From Phoronis australis (lineage: Eukaryota; Animalia; Phoronida), in contig NMRA01000072.1 of assembly GCA_002633005.1 (NCBI GenBank), positions 1,072,656 to 1,136,655 on the forward strand: DNA of 64,000 nt. The letters run 5' to 3'. The translations under genes were made by a program, and so were the position numbers. Below the pieces are notes generated by a model, which had not been told where the DNA came from, did no database searches, and saw only the letters and a list, made by a program, of their open reading frames with translations. Positions 63,186 through 64,000 of the stretch are shown here, piece by piece (the stretch's first letter is position 1; each line of letters begins with the position of its first letter).

Positions 63186-64000
63186 CGAATACGATGTTGT
63201 TTAACTGCCTCTTACTAAAGTGAACTATGTGTTTACTGTTAGTAAAATCAGGCTCTGATTACATGCTGAGGGCTGCAGTACCAAATCAGCCAAGGTTTTA
63301 AATCTGGAGTGACAATTTCTAAAATTGACGCGCTTTCCCCAAATTCGACGCGCTTTCCCCAAACTCGACGCCGCAAAATCCAAACTCGTTACCGTGTTGA
63401 GTCAAAACAGGTTTGTGGAGAACACTGAGTCAATCCTAGTAATTTTTCACACACTATTCAATGATGTCAAACTTGAATTTTCCAGATTGAATACCTGTTC
63501 CCCTAAACAAGTTGTTAAATTCATTCTGCCAATTCAGTCGATCGCAAGAAATTCCCCAAATTTGAGAACCTGCTTCTGCTAGCCTAAAATGTCCTATGCT
63601 CAAATAGGCCTACTTAAAGCAACGTAACTTTTTAATTAGTCTAGACAGTGTGAGGCATAAGCCATAACTTGTTGAAAAGTTTCCGGTGTGCCAGGCTGGT
63701 AGCTTCATTGGCCCAGTTCAGACGGTGATAGGCTACTGTTTGTCTACTCTTCCCTGCTATTTACAGAAGGGTTACGTGTATAACTATAGTCTAACATCTA
63801 TCTCTCAGTTTGACATTTCTCTGTTTCTGTATCTCTCTCTCACACAGTCACTCAGTCACTGTCTCTGTGACAATTAGGCAATGACCATCGCCTCTGTTGG
63901 CCTGAACCAGAGGCGATGTAGAGACTATAGGCGCTCTGTACGCCGGAAGCTTTTCGGCGAATTATGCCTCGCACCGACTAAACCATCAAAGCCACGTTGT

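Overview
AT-rich, intron-rich animal genomic DNA from a draft assembly with N gaps. The repeat content suggests an invertebrate, possibly a lophotrochozoan (inference). Two convergent multi-exon genes were assembled by hand with canonical GT-AG sites and consistent phases. Tyrosine aminotransferase (TAT, + strand) has 10 coding exons at 279-11195, about 419 aa. RPGRIP1L/fantom (- strand) has 36 coding exons at 61099-15231, about 1594 aa, plus an apparently duplicated exon. RPGRIP1L introns hold a decayed, intron-containing P-element/THAP9-like transposase with an adjacent intronless USP (peptidase C19) fragment, a Helentron/HINE-like element whose core repeats carry CTCF-like motifs, a TSD-flanked short RTE-derived retroelement, a Sola1-like TIR element, several MITEs and a 38x24-bp E-box minisatellite. 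No prokaryote-type system such as CRISPR is present. The most interesting signals are TE-borne, and none has been confirmed by database search.
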